Of a stretch of DNA of 64,000 bases, positions 18,219-28,242 are shown piece by piece; position 1 is the first letter of the stretch; the number at the start of each line of letters is the position of its first letter. The DNA is from Arcicella lustrica (GTDB lineage Bacteria; Bacteroidota; Bacteroidia; Cytophagales; Spirosomataceae), in contig NZ_JAYGIM010000007.1 of the NCBI RefSeq assembly GCF_034930985.1, positions 221,383 to 285,382 on the forward strand. The letters are read 5' to 3'. A program made the position numbers and the translations under genes. The notes beneath the pieces were generated by a model, which was given only the letters and a program-made list of their open reading frames with translations, did no database searches and had not been told where the DNA came from.

Positions 18219-21200
18219 ATGGAGAAAAAGAATTTACCAATACCAGAGAATGAAGACTTGCGATTAAAAGCTTTAGAGGAGTATAATATACTTGATACTT
18301 TACCTGAGGAAGAATTCGATAGGCTAACAAAATTGGCTTCCGTAATTTGTGGTGTACCAATTTCTTTGATTTCATTGATTGATAAAGATAGACAATGGTT
18401 TAAATCTAATGTTGGTTTAGATGGCACTCAAACAGCTAGAGATATTTCATTTTGCCAATATACCATCGTTGGGAAAGATATTTTTGAAGTAGAGGACGCA
18501 ACGCTTGATGAAAGATTTCATAATAATCCATTAGTTGAGCATGCACCTGAAATACGGTTTTATGCAGGATACCCACTTATCGACCCAGATGGATTTGCAT
18601 TGGGTTCGCTTTGTGTAATTGATACTAAAGCCAAAAAATTAGATGCAGAACAACAATTAGCTTTAAGAATTTTAGGGAAAGAAGTAGCCGCACAAATTGT
18701 AGCTCGAAAAGAAAGAGCGATTCTTAAGAATTATGAAAAACTATTCTTAGAATCAAAAGATATGATTTGTATTGCAAAAACGGACGGTCTTTTCAAAAAG
18801 ATAAATCCTGCTTTTTGCAAAACTTTGGGTTGGGATGACGTTGATTTAATTGATAAATCTTTTTACGATTTTTTACATCCTGATGATCTTAAAGAAACAA
18901 AAGAAGAAGTTGAAAGTCTAGGAAATAAAGTATTGTCTTTAAATTTTACGCATCGTTTCAGAACGAAATCAGGTGATTATAAATTTTTAGAATGGGTAGC
19001 TACTCCCGATGCTACAACTGGAACACTTTATGCGATTGCCAGAGACATTACAGATTACAAACGCCTAAAAGTAGAAGTAGAAAAACTTTCGGAGATTCAA
19101 AATATCATTTTGGACGGAACAGATTACTCAATTATTTCAGTTGATACCAACAGCGTGATTAAGACATTCAACCGTGGTGCTGAAAAAATGTTGGGTTATC
19201 TCGCCGATGAAGTCGTTGGAAAAGTAACGCCTGAAATCATCCATGATAAAGAAGAAGTCGTAAAAAGAGCCGAAATATTATCACAAGAATTAGGAATTAC
19301 GCTTGAACCGGGACATGAAGTTTTTCATGCAAAAGCAAGGTTAGGCGTTGCAGATAGCAATGAGTGGACTTATATTAGAAAAGATAAATCAAGATTAACT
19401 GTAGAACTTTCTGTTACTTCCTTGAGAAATAACGATAATGTTATTACAGGCTTTATGGGGATTGCAAAGGATATAACAGAGAAAAAAGTTTGGGAAAATC
19501 AATTACTCATTAGTGAAAATAGACATAGAGGCTTCTTCGAAAATACGCAAGGGCTGATGTGTACACATGATATTTATGGAAATTTCTTGACAATTAACCC
19601 TGCTGGAGCTGAATTGGTGGGTTATACCAAAGAAGAAATTTTACAAAGAAGTTTGTTTGATATCGTTTCTGAATCGTCTGTCCAAGGCGTGAAAGCCTAC
19701 CTTGATGAAATTCTTCATAAAGGCAGCAGTAAAGGACTGATGAGAGTAATCCATAAAAATGGTTCGCCCAGAACTTGGATGTACAATAATGTACTTTCGG
19801 AATTGATAAATGGACAACAATATATAATTGGTAATGCTGTAGATATAACCGACAGAATATTGATGGAAAAAGAATTGATAAAAGCAAAAGAACATGCAGA
19901 GAAAAATGCTCTTGCAAAGGATACCTTTTTGGCAAATATGAGCCACGAAATTCGTACTCCTATGAATGCTATTATTGGTTTTTCTAATTTATTAAAAGAT
20001 ACAGAGCTAGAAGAAGAGCAACGTGATTATGTATCAAATATCAATATTGCTTCCGAAAATTTATTAGGGATTATCAATGATATTTTAGATATTTCAAAAA
20101 TTGAATCAGGGCATATTGTTATTGAAAAAATTGCTTTCAATATTAAAGATTTACTAAAAAATGCAAAAGCTGTTTTAAATCACAAAGCCCAAGAAAAAGG
20201 TTTGGAATTGAGCAGTATCGTAGATGAAAATATTCCAACGTTTGTTATCGGTGACCCTACTCGTTTAAATCAAATTTTACTCAACCTGACCAATAATGCG
20301 ATTAAATTTACCGAAAAAGGAAGAGTAAAGATTTTGGTTGAACTTCTGAAAGAATCATCAACAGAATGTTCAATCTTATTTAGTGTAATGGATACGGGAA
20401 TTGGTATTCCTGCTGATAAATTAGATTCTATTTTTGATAGATTTACACAGGCAGATAGCGATACGACTAGAAAATATGGAGGAACTGGCTTAGGTTTAAG
20501 CATTTCAAAATCTTTGGCAGATCTTCAAGACGGAAAGTTATGGGTAGAAAGTACGCCAGGGAAAGGGTCAACTTTTTATGTGAGTTTACCTTTTGGCATT
20601 GACGTGAAAGATAAAAACAACGAAAATGACGCTAAAAACTCGACAGCCTTAAAAAGTGAACGTGAAGTAAAAGTACTTTTGGTAGAAGATAATCCATTAA
20701 ATCAGAAGTTAGCTTTAAAAGTACTTAGTAAATTTGGCTTCACTGCTGATTTAGCTGAAAATGGGAGAGTTGCCGTTGAAAAAGTTCAGGAAAACCAATA
20801 TGAAGTAATTTTGATGGATTTACAAATGCCAGAAATGGATGGTTATCAAGCAACAGAATATATTAGAGGAACATTAAAAATTAACACGCCAATTATTGCT
20901 ATGACTGCGCATTCCTTGGTAGGTGAAAAGGAAAAATGTATGGTAATCGGAATGAACGATTATATACCAAAACCTTTTGTACCTCAAGAATTATTTGATA
21001 AAATTATCACTTATGCAGAAATAAATGGTCAAAACAACGAAAGTAACATGGAAGAGAACCTAGAAGGAATCGTAGATTTATCCTATTTGAGGGAATTATC
21101 TGACGGAAACAAAGAGTTTGAACAAGAAATTATTGAATTATATTTGAACCAAATGCCTATTGATTTCGACATACTCAGAAAGGCAATTGATGCTGTTGAT

Positions 21201-21404
21201 TATGTGCTAACGAAATCAACGGCACATAAATTAAAGTCTTCATTTTCTTCAATGGGTGTCAATGAAAATGGATTGTTGAAATCAATTGAAGATAAAGCGA
21301 AAACAATGGTCGATATATCAATTATTAAATCTGAATTCACTAAATTAGAAGTAATAGCAAACTATTCTGTGAAAGTATTACAAAGAGTACTTGAAGAAGA
21401 GTAA
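18219..21404 (+). CDS. Hybrid sensor histidine kinase / response regulator with C-terminal Hpt domain (GAF-PAS x3-HisKA-HATPase-REC-Hpt). Tandem paralog of the preceding gene.
   Basis: The H-box, ATPase and REC motifs match those of 15013..17880. The C-terminal 'AHKLKSSFSSMG' is Hpt-like. Confidence 0.85.
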   Translation: MEKKNLPIPENEDLRLKALEEYNILDTLPEEEFDRLTKLASVICGVPISLISLIDKDRQWFKSNVGLDGTQTARDISFCQYTIVGKDIFEVEDATLDERFHNNPLVEHAPEIRFYAGYPLIDPDGFALGSLCVIDTKAKKLDAEQQLALRILGKEVAAQIVARKERAILKNYEKLFLESKDMICIAKTDGLFKKINPAFCKTLGWDDVDLIDKSFYDFLHPDDLKETKEEVESLGNKVLSLNFTHRFRTKSGDYKFLEWVATPDATTGTLYAIARDITDYKRLKVEVEKLSEIQNIILDGTDYSIISVDTNSVIKTFNRGAEKMLGYLADEVVGKVTPEIIHDKEEVVKRAEILSQELGITLEPGHEVFHAKARLGVADSNEWTYIRKDKSRLTVELSVTSLRNNDNVITGFMGIAKDITEKKVWENQLLISENRHRGFFENTQGLMCTHDIYGNFLTINPAGAELVGYTKEEILQRSLFDIVSESSVQGVKAYLDEILHKGSSKGLMRVIHKNGSPRTWMYNNVLSELINGQQYIIGNAVDITDRILMEKELIKAKEHAEKNALAKDTFLANMSHEIRTPMNAIIGFSNLLKDTELEEEQRDYVSNINIASENLLGIINDILDISKIESGHIVIEKIAFNIKDLLKNAKAVLNHKAQEKGLELSSIVDENIPTFVIGDPTRLNQILLNLTNNAIKFTEKGRVKILVELLKESSTECSILFSVMDTGIGIPADKLDSIFDRFTQADSDTTRKYGGTGLGLSISKSLADLQDGKLWVESTPGKGSTFYVSLPFGIDVKDKNNENDAKNSTALKSEREVKVLLVEDNPLNQKLALKVLSKFGFTADLAENGRVAVEKVQENQYEVILMDLQMPEMDGYQATEYIRGTLKINTPIIAMTAHSLVGEKEKCMVIGMNDYIPKPFVPQELFDKIITYAEINGQNNESNMEENLEGIVDLSYLRELSDGNKEFEQEIIELYLNQMPIDFDILRKAIDAVDYVLTKSTAHKLKSSFSSMGVNENGLLKSIEDKAKTMVDISIIKSEFTKLEVIANYSVKVLQRVLEEE

Positions 21405-21405
21405 T

Positions 21406-21438
21406 AAAAATTGGAGGCCTAAAAGCCTCCAATTTTTA
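21406..21438. terminator. Bidirectional intrinsic terminator
   Basis: AAAAATTGGAGGC-CTAAAA-GCCTCCAATTTTTATTTT. Confidence 0.7.
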
Positions 21439-22599
21439 TTTTAGGATTTCCCTAGCAATAACCATTTTTTGAATTTCAGAAGTACCTTCATAAATCTGCG
21501 TGATTTTGGCATCTCGCATCATTCTTTCTACGTGAAATTCTTTCACAAAACCGTAGCCTCCGTGAATTTGTACGGCTTCAATGGTTGTATCCATCGCTAC
21601 TTGCGAGCAAAATAATTTTGCCATCGCCGCCGACTGTACATAACTTCTGTGTTGGTCTTTATCAAAAGCAGCCTTGACGCAAAGTAATCTTGCCGCTTCA
21701 ATATTGGTCGCCATATCTGCTAATTTGAATTGTATTGCCTGATGTTCAGCAATTGCTTTTCCGAAAGATTTACGTTCCTGTGCATACTTCAAAGATAATT
21801 CATACGCACCAGAAGCAATGCCCAATGCTTGTGCTGCAATGCCAATTCTGCCACCATTTAACGTTGACATGGCGAATTTAAAGCCAAAACCATCTGCTCC
21901 AATTCTATTTTCTTTGGGCACTTTCACATCTGTAAACATTAATGAATGTGTATCAGAACCTCGAATTCCTAGTTTTTTCTCTTTCTTTCCTACTTGAAAA
22001 CCTTCCATTCCACGCTCTACAATCAGACAATTAATTCCTTTATGACCTAATTCTGGATGTGTTTGTGCCATTACTAGATATACGCTCGCTCTTCCGCCAT
22101 TAGTAATCCAGTTTTTTGTGCCGTTTAATAAGTAATAATCGCCCATATCTTCGGCAGTGGTATGCTGAGAAGTAGCGTCAGAACCCGCTTCGGGTTCTGA
22201 TAAAGCAAATGCCCCGATGATTTTTCCTTGTGCTAAAGGAACAAGATATTTTTGTTTTTGTTCTTCCGTTCCGAAGGCTTCTAAACCATAACAAACTAAA
22301 GAATTATTCACAGAAACCATTACCGAAGCAGAAGCATCAACTTTTGATAATTCCTCCATCGCCAATACATAAGAAACCGTATCCATTCCTCCTCCTCCAT
22401 ATTCTGGCGAAACCATCATGCCCAGAAAGCCCAACTCTCCCATTTTTCGCACTAATTCTTCTGGAAAAAATTCTTTTTCATCACGGTCAATTACTTCTGG
22501 AAGTAATTCTGTTTGAGCAAAATCACGAGCTGCTTGTTGTACGGCAAGGTGTTCTTCCGATAATTGAAAGTTCAAGCCTTGAAAGATTGAATCACTCAT
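21436..22599 (-). CDS. Acyl-CoA dehydrogenase
   Basis: 387 aa with ACAD N/M/C architecture. Motifs 'EPEAGSD' and 'YEGTSEIQ'. Confidence 0.85.
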   Translation of the reverse strand: MSDSIFQGLNFQLSEEHLAVQQAARDFAQTELLPEVIDRDEKEFFPEELVRKMGELGFLGMMVSPEYGGGGMDTVSYVLAMEELSKVDASASVMVSVNNSLVCYGLEAFGTEEQKQKYLVPLAQGKIIGAFALSEPEAGSDATSQHTTAEDMGDYYLLNGTKNWITNGGRASVYLVMAQTHPELGHKGINCLIVERGMEGFQVGKKEKKLGIRGSDTHSLMFTDVKVPKENRIGADGFGFKFAMSTLNGGRIGIAAQALGIASGAYELSLKYAQERKSFGKAIAEHQAIQFKLADMATNIEAARLLCVKAAFDKDQHRSYVQSAAMAKLFCSQVAMDTTIEAVQIHGGYGFVKEFHVERMMRDAKITQIYEGTSEIQKMVIAREILK

Positions 22600-22711
22600 G
22601 TTAAATCAAGTTTTTATATTGAGATTATTACTCAAATATATAAAATAGTATGCTTGCATAACAAAAATTGCAATTTTATTTTTATCCAAGTATAAATTTA
22701 TAGTAACTGCA

Positions 22712-22748
22712 TCAAAAAAGGAGGCTCTTGCGAAACCTCCATCAAAAC
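22712..22748 (-). terminator. Intrinsic terminator downstream of the PLP enzyme gene
   Basis: Minus-strand RNA forms GGAGG-loop-CCUCC followed by UUUUUUGA. Confidence 0.5.
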
Positions 22749-23900
22749 TTATTTCAATGCTGCCGACCAATCATCAATTAAATCTTCTATATTTTCTAAA
22801 CCTACCGATACTCTAAGTAAATTATCGGGCGTTGGACTGTTTGTCCCTTCTACTGATTTTCTATGTTCGATTAAACTTTCAACACCGCCTAAACTGGTTG
22901 CTGTTGTAAAGAGTTTGAGTTTCCCCGTTAATGCCATCGCATTTTTAGCATCTCCTTTTACTTGTACCGAAAGCATCGCTCCAAAACCACCAAGCATTTG
23001 TTTTTTAGCAATTTCATGTTGTGGATGTGTTGCTAAACCGGGATAATGCACCGCTTCAATTTGTGGATGAGTACTCAGAAAATCAGCTAATTTTCCAGCA
23101 TTTTCTGTTTGTGCTTTTACCCTTAAAGCTAAAGTTTTAATACCTCTTGCCACCAACCAAGATTCAAAAGGCGAAGGAACTCCGCCCGTTAATTTCTGAA
23201 TTGTTCTTAATTTATTCGATAATTCTCCTTCTTCTTTAATAATTAATGCTCCACTTAAAACATCACTGTGTCCACCAAAATACTTCGTGGTTGAGTGCAT
23301 CACAATATCAGCTCCTAAATCTAAAGGTCTTTGTAAAATGGGCGTTGCCCAAGTATTATCAACGGCAACTAAAGCATTTATTCCTTTTGCGATTTCACTA
23401 ATGGCTTGAATGTCGGCAATTTTTAATTGTGGATTGGAAGGCGTTTCTATCCAAAACAATTTGGTATTGGGTTGAATCGCTGACTTTACGGCTTCCAAAT
23501 CTGTCATATCCACAGTCGTCATAGATAAACCCCATTGTCCGAATACTTCTGTAATTAATACATTCGTAGCAAAGTAAGCATCGTCTGGCGTAATGATATG
23601 ATCGCCTGATTTTAAACTTTGAAATAAAGCCGTTGTCGCTGCCATTCCTGAAGCAAAAGCTAATCCGACAGCTCCGTTTTCGAGTAAAGCAATACTTTTT
23701 TCTAAAAGCTGACGATTTGGATTATTGGCTCTTGAATAAATATATCCGTGTGAGTATGAGCCGTCTGTCTCTCTTTCAAAAGTGGTGGATAAATAAATGG
23801 GCGAAGTGACAGCACCAGCGTTGGCATCGTGCATTTGGGTGGACTGTATCGCTAATGTTTCAATTTTCATTTGAGTGAAGTGTTTGGAATTCTTTCTCAA
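22749..23900 (-). CDS. Cys/Met-metabolism PLP-dependent enzyme (cystathionine gamma-synthase / beta-lyase family)
   Basis: 'HSTTKYFGGHSDV' PLP-lysine motif. 383 aa. The true start may be the internal Met at ~23870. Confidence 0.8.
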   Translation of the reverse strand: MRKNSKHFTQMKIETLAIQSTQMHDANAGAVTSPIYLSTTFERETDGSYSHGYIYSRANNPNRQLLEKSIALLENGAVGLAFASGMAATTALFQSLKSGDHIITPDDAYFATNVLITEVFGQWGLSMTTVDMTDLEAVKSAIQPNTKLFWIETPSNPQLKIADIQAISEIAKGINALVAVDNTWATPILQRPLDLGADIVMHSTTKYFGGHSDVLSGALIIKEEGELSNKLRTIQKLTGGVPSPFESWLVARGIKTLALRVKAQTENAGKLADFLSTHPQIEAVHYPGLATHPQHEIAKKQMLGGFGAMLSVQVKGDAKNAMALTGKLKLFTTATSLGGVESLIEHRKSVEGTNSPTPDNLLRVSVGLENIEDLIDDWSAALK

Positions 23901-24081
23901 AATAACATAATCAATTCCTCATATCACAGTACAAAAGCTAATTTCAACAAGTATATCTTTAGTAACGAATCAATAAACTTCTTATATTCAAGAATCATTA
24001 GCAAACCAAACTGATTCATTTGCCCATTCGAATCAGTAAAAGCTTTAAACCACTCCTGTTTGGGCAAAGGAGTTTTTAAAT

Positions 24082-25530
24082 ATGGAAAATAATTCAAGAC
24101 GGGATTTTCTCAAGAAAAGTTCTTTGGCAGTAGCGGGTTTCTACATTGTACCTCGCCATGTGTTAGGCGGAAAAGGCTTTATTGCTCCTTCCGATAAACT
24201 CAATATCGCTGCCATCGGTTGCGGAGGTAAAGGTTGGTCGGATATTCTTGGAGCTTATGATAGTGGAAGAAATAACATTGCAGCACTTTGTGATATTGAT
24301 GACCGCCAAATGAAGCAGTCTGTCGAGAAGTTTCCTAGTGCTAATAAGTACAAAGATTTCCGTATCATGCTGGAAAAAGAAAAGGATAACATTGATGCCG
24401 TAACGGTTTCTACGCCCGACCATACGCACTATGTTTCAGCAATGGCGGCGATGAGTTTAGGAAAACATGTATATGTACAAAAACCTTTGGCACATAATAT
24501 TTACGAAGTTCGTAAAATGACTGAAGCTGCTGTTCAGCAAAAAGTAGTGACACAAATGGGAAATCAAGGTTCTTCGGGTGATGGTGTACGAAGAATGATA
24601 GAATGGTATAAAGCGGGATTGATTGGTGAAGTATCTAAAGTTCACGTTTGGACAAACCGACCAGTTTGGCCACAGGGTATTGCTAAACCAACTGGCAAAG
24701 TAGAAGTTCCTAAAGAAGTAGATTGGGATTTATGGCTTGGTCCTGCCGAGTGGGAAGATTATCAACCAGCCTATCATCCTTTCAACTGGAGAGGTTGGGT
24801 AAATTATGGAACGGGTTCTTTGGGCGATATGGCTTGCCACATGATGGATCCACCTTATAGAGTATTAGGTTTGGGTTATCCTTCAGAAGTGGAATGTAGT
24901 ATTGCCAATACCGCTTGGACAGGTCCTTTCAAAGAAGGATATTTCCCTGAAAGTTATCCTGCTGCTTCAATGATTCATTTGAAATTTCCAAGAAAAGGAA
25001 AGTCTGATGTAAAAATGACTTGGTATGATGGCGGATTGATGCCTGAACGTCCAGAAGAAATCCCTGCTGATGTAAAATTAGGTGACTGGAGTGGTGGAGT
25101 ATTATTGCTTGGCACAAAAGGCGTAATGATGTGCGGTGTGTATGGTTCGAATCCTACGCTTTGGGGAAGCGAAAGCTTGAAAGCAAAAGGCGAAAAACTG
25201 CCTATCACAATTGAAAGAGTAGTCGGTTCAGATGGTGCGGGACATTATCAACAATGGTTACAAGCTTGTAGAGATGGTTACGGAAAACATAAGCCTTTAA
25301 GTTCTTCTTTTGATTACTCAGGACCAATGTCGGAAGCTGTTTTGATGGGGAATTTAGCGATTAGAAGTTACTTCTTCCGTTCTCCTAAAAAAGACAAGCA
25401 ATGGTTACAAGAATATGACTATAATGGAAGAAAGAAACTGCTTTGGGATGGAAAAGAGATGAAAATTACCAATTTCGATGAAGCAAATCAGTTTGTGAAG
25501 AGAGAGTACCGTCAAGGTTGGAATTTATAG
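24082..25530 (+). CDS. Gfo/Idh/MocA-family oxidoreductase with Tat signal
   Basis: 'SRRDFLKKSSLAVAG' twin-arginine signal. 'IAAIGCGGKG' Rossmann motif. Confidence 0.75.
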   Translation: MENNSRRDFLKKSSLAVAGFYIVPRHVLGGKGFIAPSDKLNIAAIGCGGKGWSDILGAYDSGRNNIAALCDIDDRQMKQSVEKFPSANKYKDFRIMLEKEKDNIDAVTVSTPDHTHYVSAMAAMSLGKHVYVQKPLAHNIYEVRKMTEAAVQQKVVTQMGNQGSSGDGVRRMIEWYKAGLIGEVSKVHVWTNRPVWPQGIAKPTGKVEVPKEVDWDLWLGPAEWEDYQPAYHPFNWRGWVNYGTGSLGDMACHMMDPPYRVLGLGYPSEVECSIANTAWTGPFKEGYFPESYPAASMIHLKFPRKGKSDVKMTWYDGGLMPERPEEIPADVKLGDWSGGVLLLGTKGVMMCGVYGSNPTLWGSESLKAKGEKLPITIERVVGSDGAGHYQQWLQACRDGYGKHKPLSSSFDYSGPMSEAVLMGNLAIRSYFFRSPKKDKQWLQEYDYNGRKKLLWDGKEMKITNFDEANQFVKREYRQGWNL

Positions 25531-25538
25531 TATAAAGA

Positions 25539-25570
25539 AGGGAGGGCAAATTAACTTGTTCTCCCTTTTT
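25539..25570 (+). terminator. Intrinsic terminator after the oxidoreductase gene
   Basis: AGGGAG-16 nt-CTCCCT followed by TTTTT. Confidence 0.5.
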
Positions 25571-25580
25571 AGTATCATTG

Positions 25581-25905
25581 CCCAAGGCATATATCTAAAA
25601 GCCAAAATAATAAATCTAAATACCCAAAGCATATATCTAAAAGCCAAGCTAATAAATCTAATTGTCCAAGACATATATCTAAAAGACAAGTTAATAAATC
25701 TAATTACCCAAGGCATATATCTAAAAGCCAAGCCAATAAATCTAAATGCCAAAGGTATATATCTAAAAGCCAAGCCAATAAATCTAAATGCCAAAGGTAT
25801 ATATCTAAAAGCCAAGCTAATAAATCTAAATGCCAAAGGTATATATCTAAAAGCCAAGCTAATAAATCTAAATGCCAAAGGTATATATCTCAGTGAAGTA
25901 ATAAA
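25581..25905. repeat. Tandem array, ~7.5 copies of a 42-bp unit (CCAAAGGTATATATCTAAAAGCCAAGCTAATAAATCTAAATG-like)
   Basis: Contiguous units. Units 6 and 7 are identical and unit 5 differs from them by one base. Both strands read as open, stop-free frames, which are repeat artefacts. Confidence 0.85.
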
Positions 25906-26160
25906 TTTTATCATTCAACGAGGCAATGTTAATCAATAGCTCCTTTAATCCACCGAATATCACCCCTATTTACTCAATACAGTACTACATTGTATCCTTT
26001 ATCTTCTTCAAATTTTAAAGTTCGTCCTAGCTACTAAATGATGAGGACTATGCTTTATCAACTCTTAATATAATCATGACAATACCAACATCTAAAGTAT
26101 ATATCAAGGCTTTACTTTTGTCAGAATGATACTCAAAAAAACAATCAAACAAGGAAAATA

Positions 26161-27057
26161 ATGGAAAGAAGATCCGTCATTAAAAATATTGGAGGCTTAT
26201 TTTTAACGCCAGCTTTAAGCCCTCTCTTGAAAGGAAAAAAGCCAGTACTAAGAGTAGCGCATCTTACCGATGTTCATTTAAAAAATGAATTAGACGCTCC
26301 TGCAAAATTTGCTAAATGTCTGCATCACGTTCAGCAACAAAGTCCTAAAGTAGATTTTATCTTGAATGGGGGCGATATTGTTTTTGATATGAACAAAGAA
26401 AATTTGAGCAACATCAATAGTCAATGGAAATTATTAGAAGACATCATCAAAGCAGAAAGTTCTATTCCTGCACATTATTGTTTAGGAAACCATGATGTTT
26501 GGTGGAGTGAAAATAATAAAGGACAAGCTGTTTATGGGAAACAATATACTTTAGATAAATTGAGCCTTGCCAAACCTTATTACAGTGTTGAGAAAAATGG
26601 TTGGAAGTTTATCATCCTCGATAGCGTACATCTCGATGTTGATAATACTTGGTACATTGGTAAATTGGGAGATGAACAATTTACTTGGCTTGAAAAGGAG
26701 CTAAAGAACACCAATCCATCCACACCGATTCTTGTATTATCGCATATTCCAATCCTTACCGCTACTTTGATGATTAAAGAAAAAGTGGTAAACAGATGGG
26801 AAATGTTAGGAGGCGATATGCACACCGATACCGCAAAAATTATCAATCTATTTTATCAACATCCCAATGTTAAAATTTGCTTGAGCGGGCATGTGCATTT
26901 ACGAGATAAAGTTGAGTATAATAACGTGACCTATATCTGTAACGGTGCCGTAAGTGGTGCTTGGTGGAAAGGCAACAACAAGCAAACTGCTCCGGGTTAC
27001 GGGCTATTAGACTTATATGCTGATGGTAGTTTTGAAGAAAAATATGTTAATTATTGA
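26161..27057 (+). CDS. Calcineurin-like metallophosphoesterase (Tat/Sec-exported)
   Basis: 'VAHLTDVHL', 'GGDIVFD', 'GNHD', 'GHVH' metallophosphatase motifs. Confidence 0.8.
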   Translation: MERRSVIKNIGGLFLTPALSPLLKGKKPVLRVAHLTDVHLKNELDAPAKFAKCLHHVQQQSPKVDFILNGGDIVFDMNKENLSNINSQWKLLEDIIKAESSIPAHYCLGNHDVWWSENNKGQAVYGKQYTLDKLSLAKPYYSVEKNGWKFIILDSVHLDVDNTWYIGKLGDEQFTWLEKELKNTNPSTPILVLSHIPILTATLMIKEKVVNRWEMLGGDMHTDTAKIINLFYQHPNVKICLSGHVHLRDKVEYNNVTYICNGAVSGAWWKGNNKQTAPGYGLLDLYADGSFEEKYVNY

Positions 27058-27146
27058 TGGTTGGGGAAGTTATAAGTTATCTCGTCTTTTTGATTAGTTT
27101 ATAGTTCCGCTAGGAACGGAATATTGGTAGAAAAGCTTTTGTTAAT

Positions 27147-27198
27147 CCTTCCAAACCCCATCGGGGCGAAATGTTTCGCCCCGATGGGGTTTGGAAGG
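27147..27198. repeat. Perfect 25-bp-stem palindrome (CCTTCCAAACCCCATCGGGGCGAAA-TG-TTTCGCCCCGATGGGGTTTGGAAGG)
   Basis: Read directly. GC-rich island in an AT-rich spacer. Possible REP or terminator. Confidence 0.7.
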
Positions 27199-27490
27199 GA
27201 ATTTGTTTATAATACGACTACCGATATTTCGACTCTATGAGGCTATTTCATTTAAAACATCCTTACGAAAATTCGGAATAATTTATAAGGTATTAATACT
27301 TCCTCTCCTCCAATTTTCCTCCATTTTGCTTTGTCAAATGTCCCAAATTTGTTCAAAGTCCCTCCACTTTGTCAAACATCCCAATCTCTTGTTCATTTCC
27401 CCAAGTATTTTACCATTTTGTGAGGTAGCCCTACCTTTGAGCCATTCAAAAAACAAAAATCTAAACGTAAATCACAAAACGAATACTCAG

Positions 27491-28168
27491 ATGGAAATAG
27501 TTTTAAAAATAGCTTTGTATGTGCATATCGCAGCAGGTTTTACAGCACTCACTGCCGGTTTAGTACCCATGTTTGCCGAGAAAGGAGGAAAAGCCCATGT
27601 GTTTTGGGGCAATGTATTTTATTGGGCGATGTTCTTAGTAGCTTTAACGGCTTTGATTCGCTTCAAAATGGAATTTCGATTGATATTCTTAGCAGGAATT
27701 GCTGTTTTTAGCTTTTATAATACTTTCACAGGTGCAAGATTAGTGCGGATGAAGAAAAATTTAGCACCCGAATTAATTGATTGGATTGGTGCTATTTTAA
27801 CCATAATCAGTGCTTTAGCAATGATGACTTTTGGAGTATTGGCTTATCAAAAAGGGATTACTTTTTATGCCATTTTATTTAATGTTTTTGGCATCTTTTC
27901 GTTGTTGATGGCTACAGAAGATTTAAGAGTATTCTCAGGCAAAAAAGTAATTGATAATACTGTTCCTTTCCAAGCGAGATATTGGTTTCAAAACCATATT
28001 TCCAGAATGGGCGGAGCTTATATTGCTACAGTAACGGCATTTTTGGTTGTGAATAATCCACCTTATATTCCGGGTTTAGTAGTTTGGATTGCACCGGGAG
28101 TAATCGGCGGAATGATGATTGGCAGAACTCGTAGGTATTATATGGAGAAGGCTAAAAGTAAGCTTTAG
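27491..28168 (+). CDS. Polytopic membrane protein (hypothetical)
   Basis: 'MEIVLKIALYVHIAAGFTALTAG...' followed by multiple TM helices. The ORF-track start at 27191 spans an untranslatable-looking repeat-rich leader, so the internal Met at 27491 is preferred. Confidence 0.5.
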   Translation: MEIVLKIALYVHIAAGFTALTAGLVPMFAEKGGKAHVFWGNVFYWAMFLVALTALIRFKMEFRLIFLAGIAVFSFYNTFTGARLVRMKKNLAPELIDWIGAILTIISALAMMTFGVLAYQKGITFYAILFNVFGIFSLLMATEDLRVFSGKKVIDNTVPFQARYWFQNHISRMGGAYIATVTAFLVVNNPPYIPGLVVWIAPGVIGGMMIGRTRRYYMEKAKSKL

Positions 28169-28202
28169 GCTATGAGCCGTGAGCTTTGAGCTCTTCTTGC
28201 CG

Positions 28203-28231
28203 TTGTTCGTGTCTCACGAACAACTTTTTAG
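28203..28231 (+). terminator. Intrinsic terminator
   Basis: GTTGTTCGTG-TCTC-ACGAACAAC followed by TTTTT. Confidence 0.6.
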
Positions 28232-28242
28232 CTCGCAACTTC

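Noticed and set aside
15351-20503. Antisense ORFs within the hybrid kinase genes (15351..15773, 16569..16982, 17055..17357, 19594..19946, 20270..20503)
   Set aside because: They fall entirely within long, well-supported sense CDSs and are frame-shadow ORFs.
25525-25939. ORFs 25525..25914 (-) and 25556..25939 (+), which encode 14-aa repeat peptides
   Set aside because: Both are stop-free read-throughs of the 42-bp tandem array. The plus ORF's ATG sits inside the loop of the upstream gene's terminator, and two opposing ORFs over the same repeat is the typical artefact.
27191-27490. The 5' extension of ORF 27191..28168
   Set aside because: The N-terminal 100 aa ('MEGNLFIIRLPIFRLYEAISFKTSLRKFG...') overlap the big palindrome and a direct-repeat-rich AT spacer. 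The hydrophobic membrane protein starts cleanly at Met 27491.
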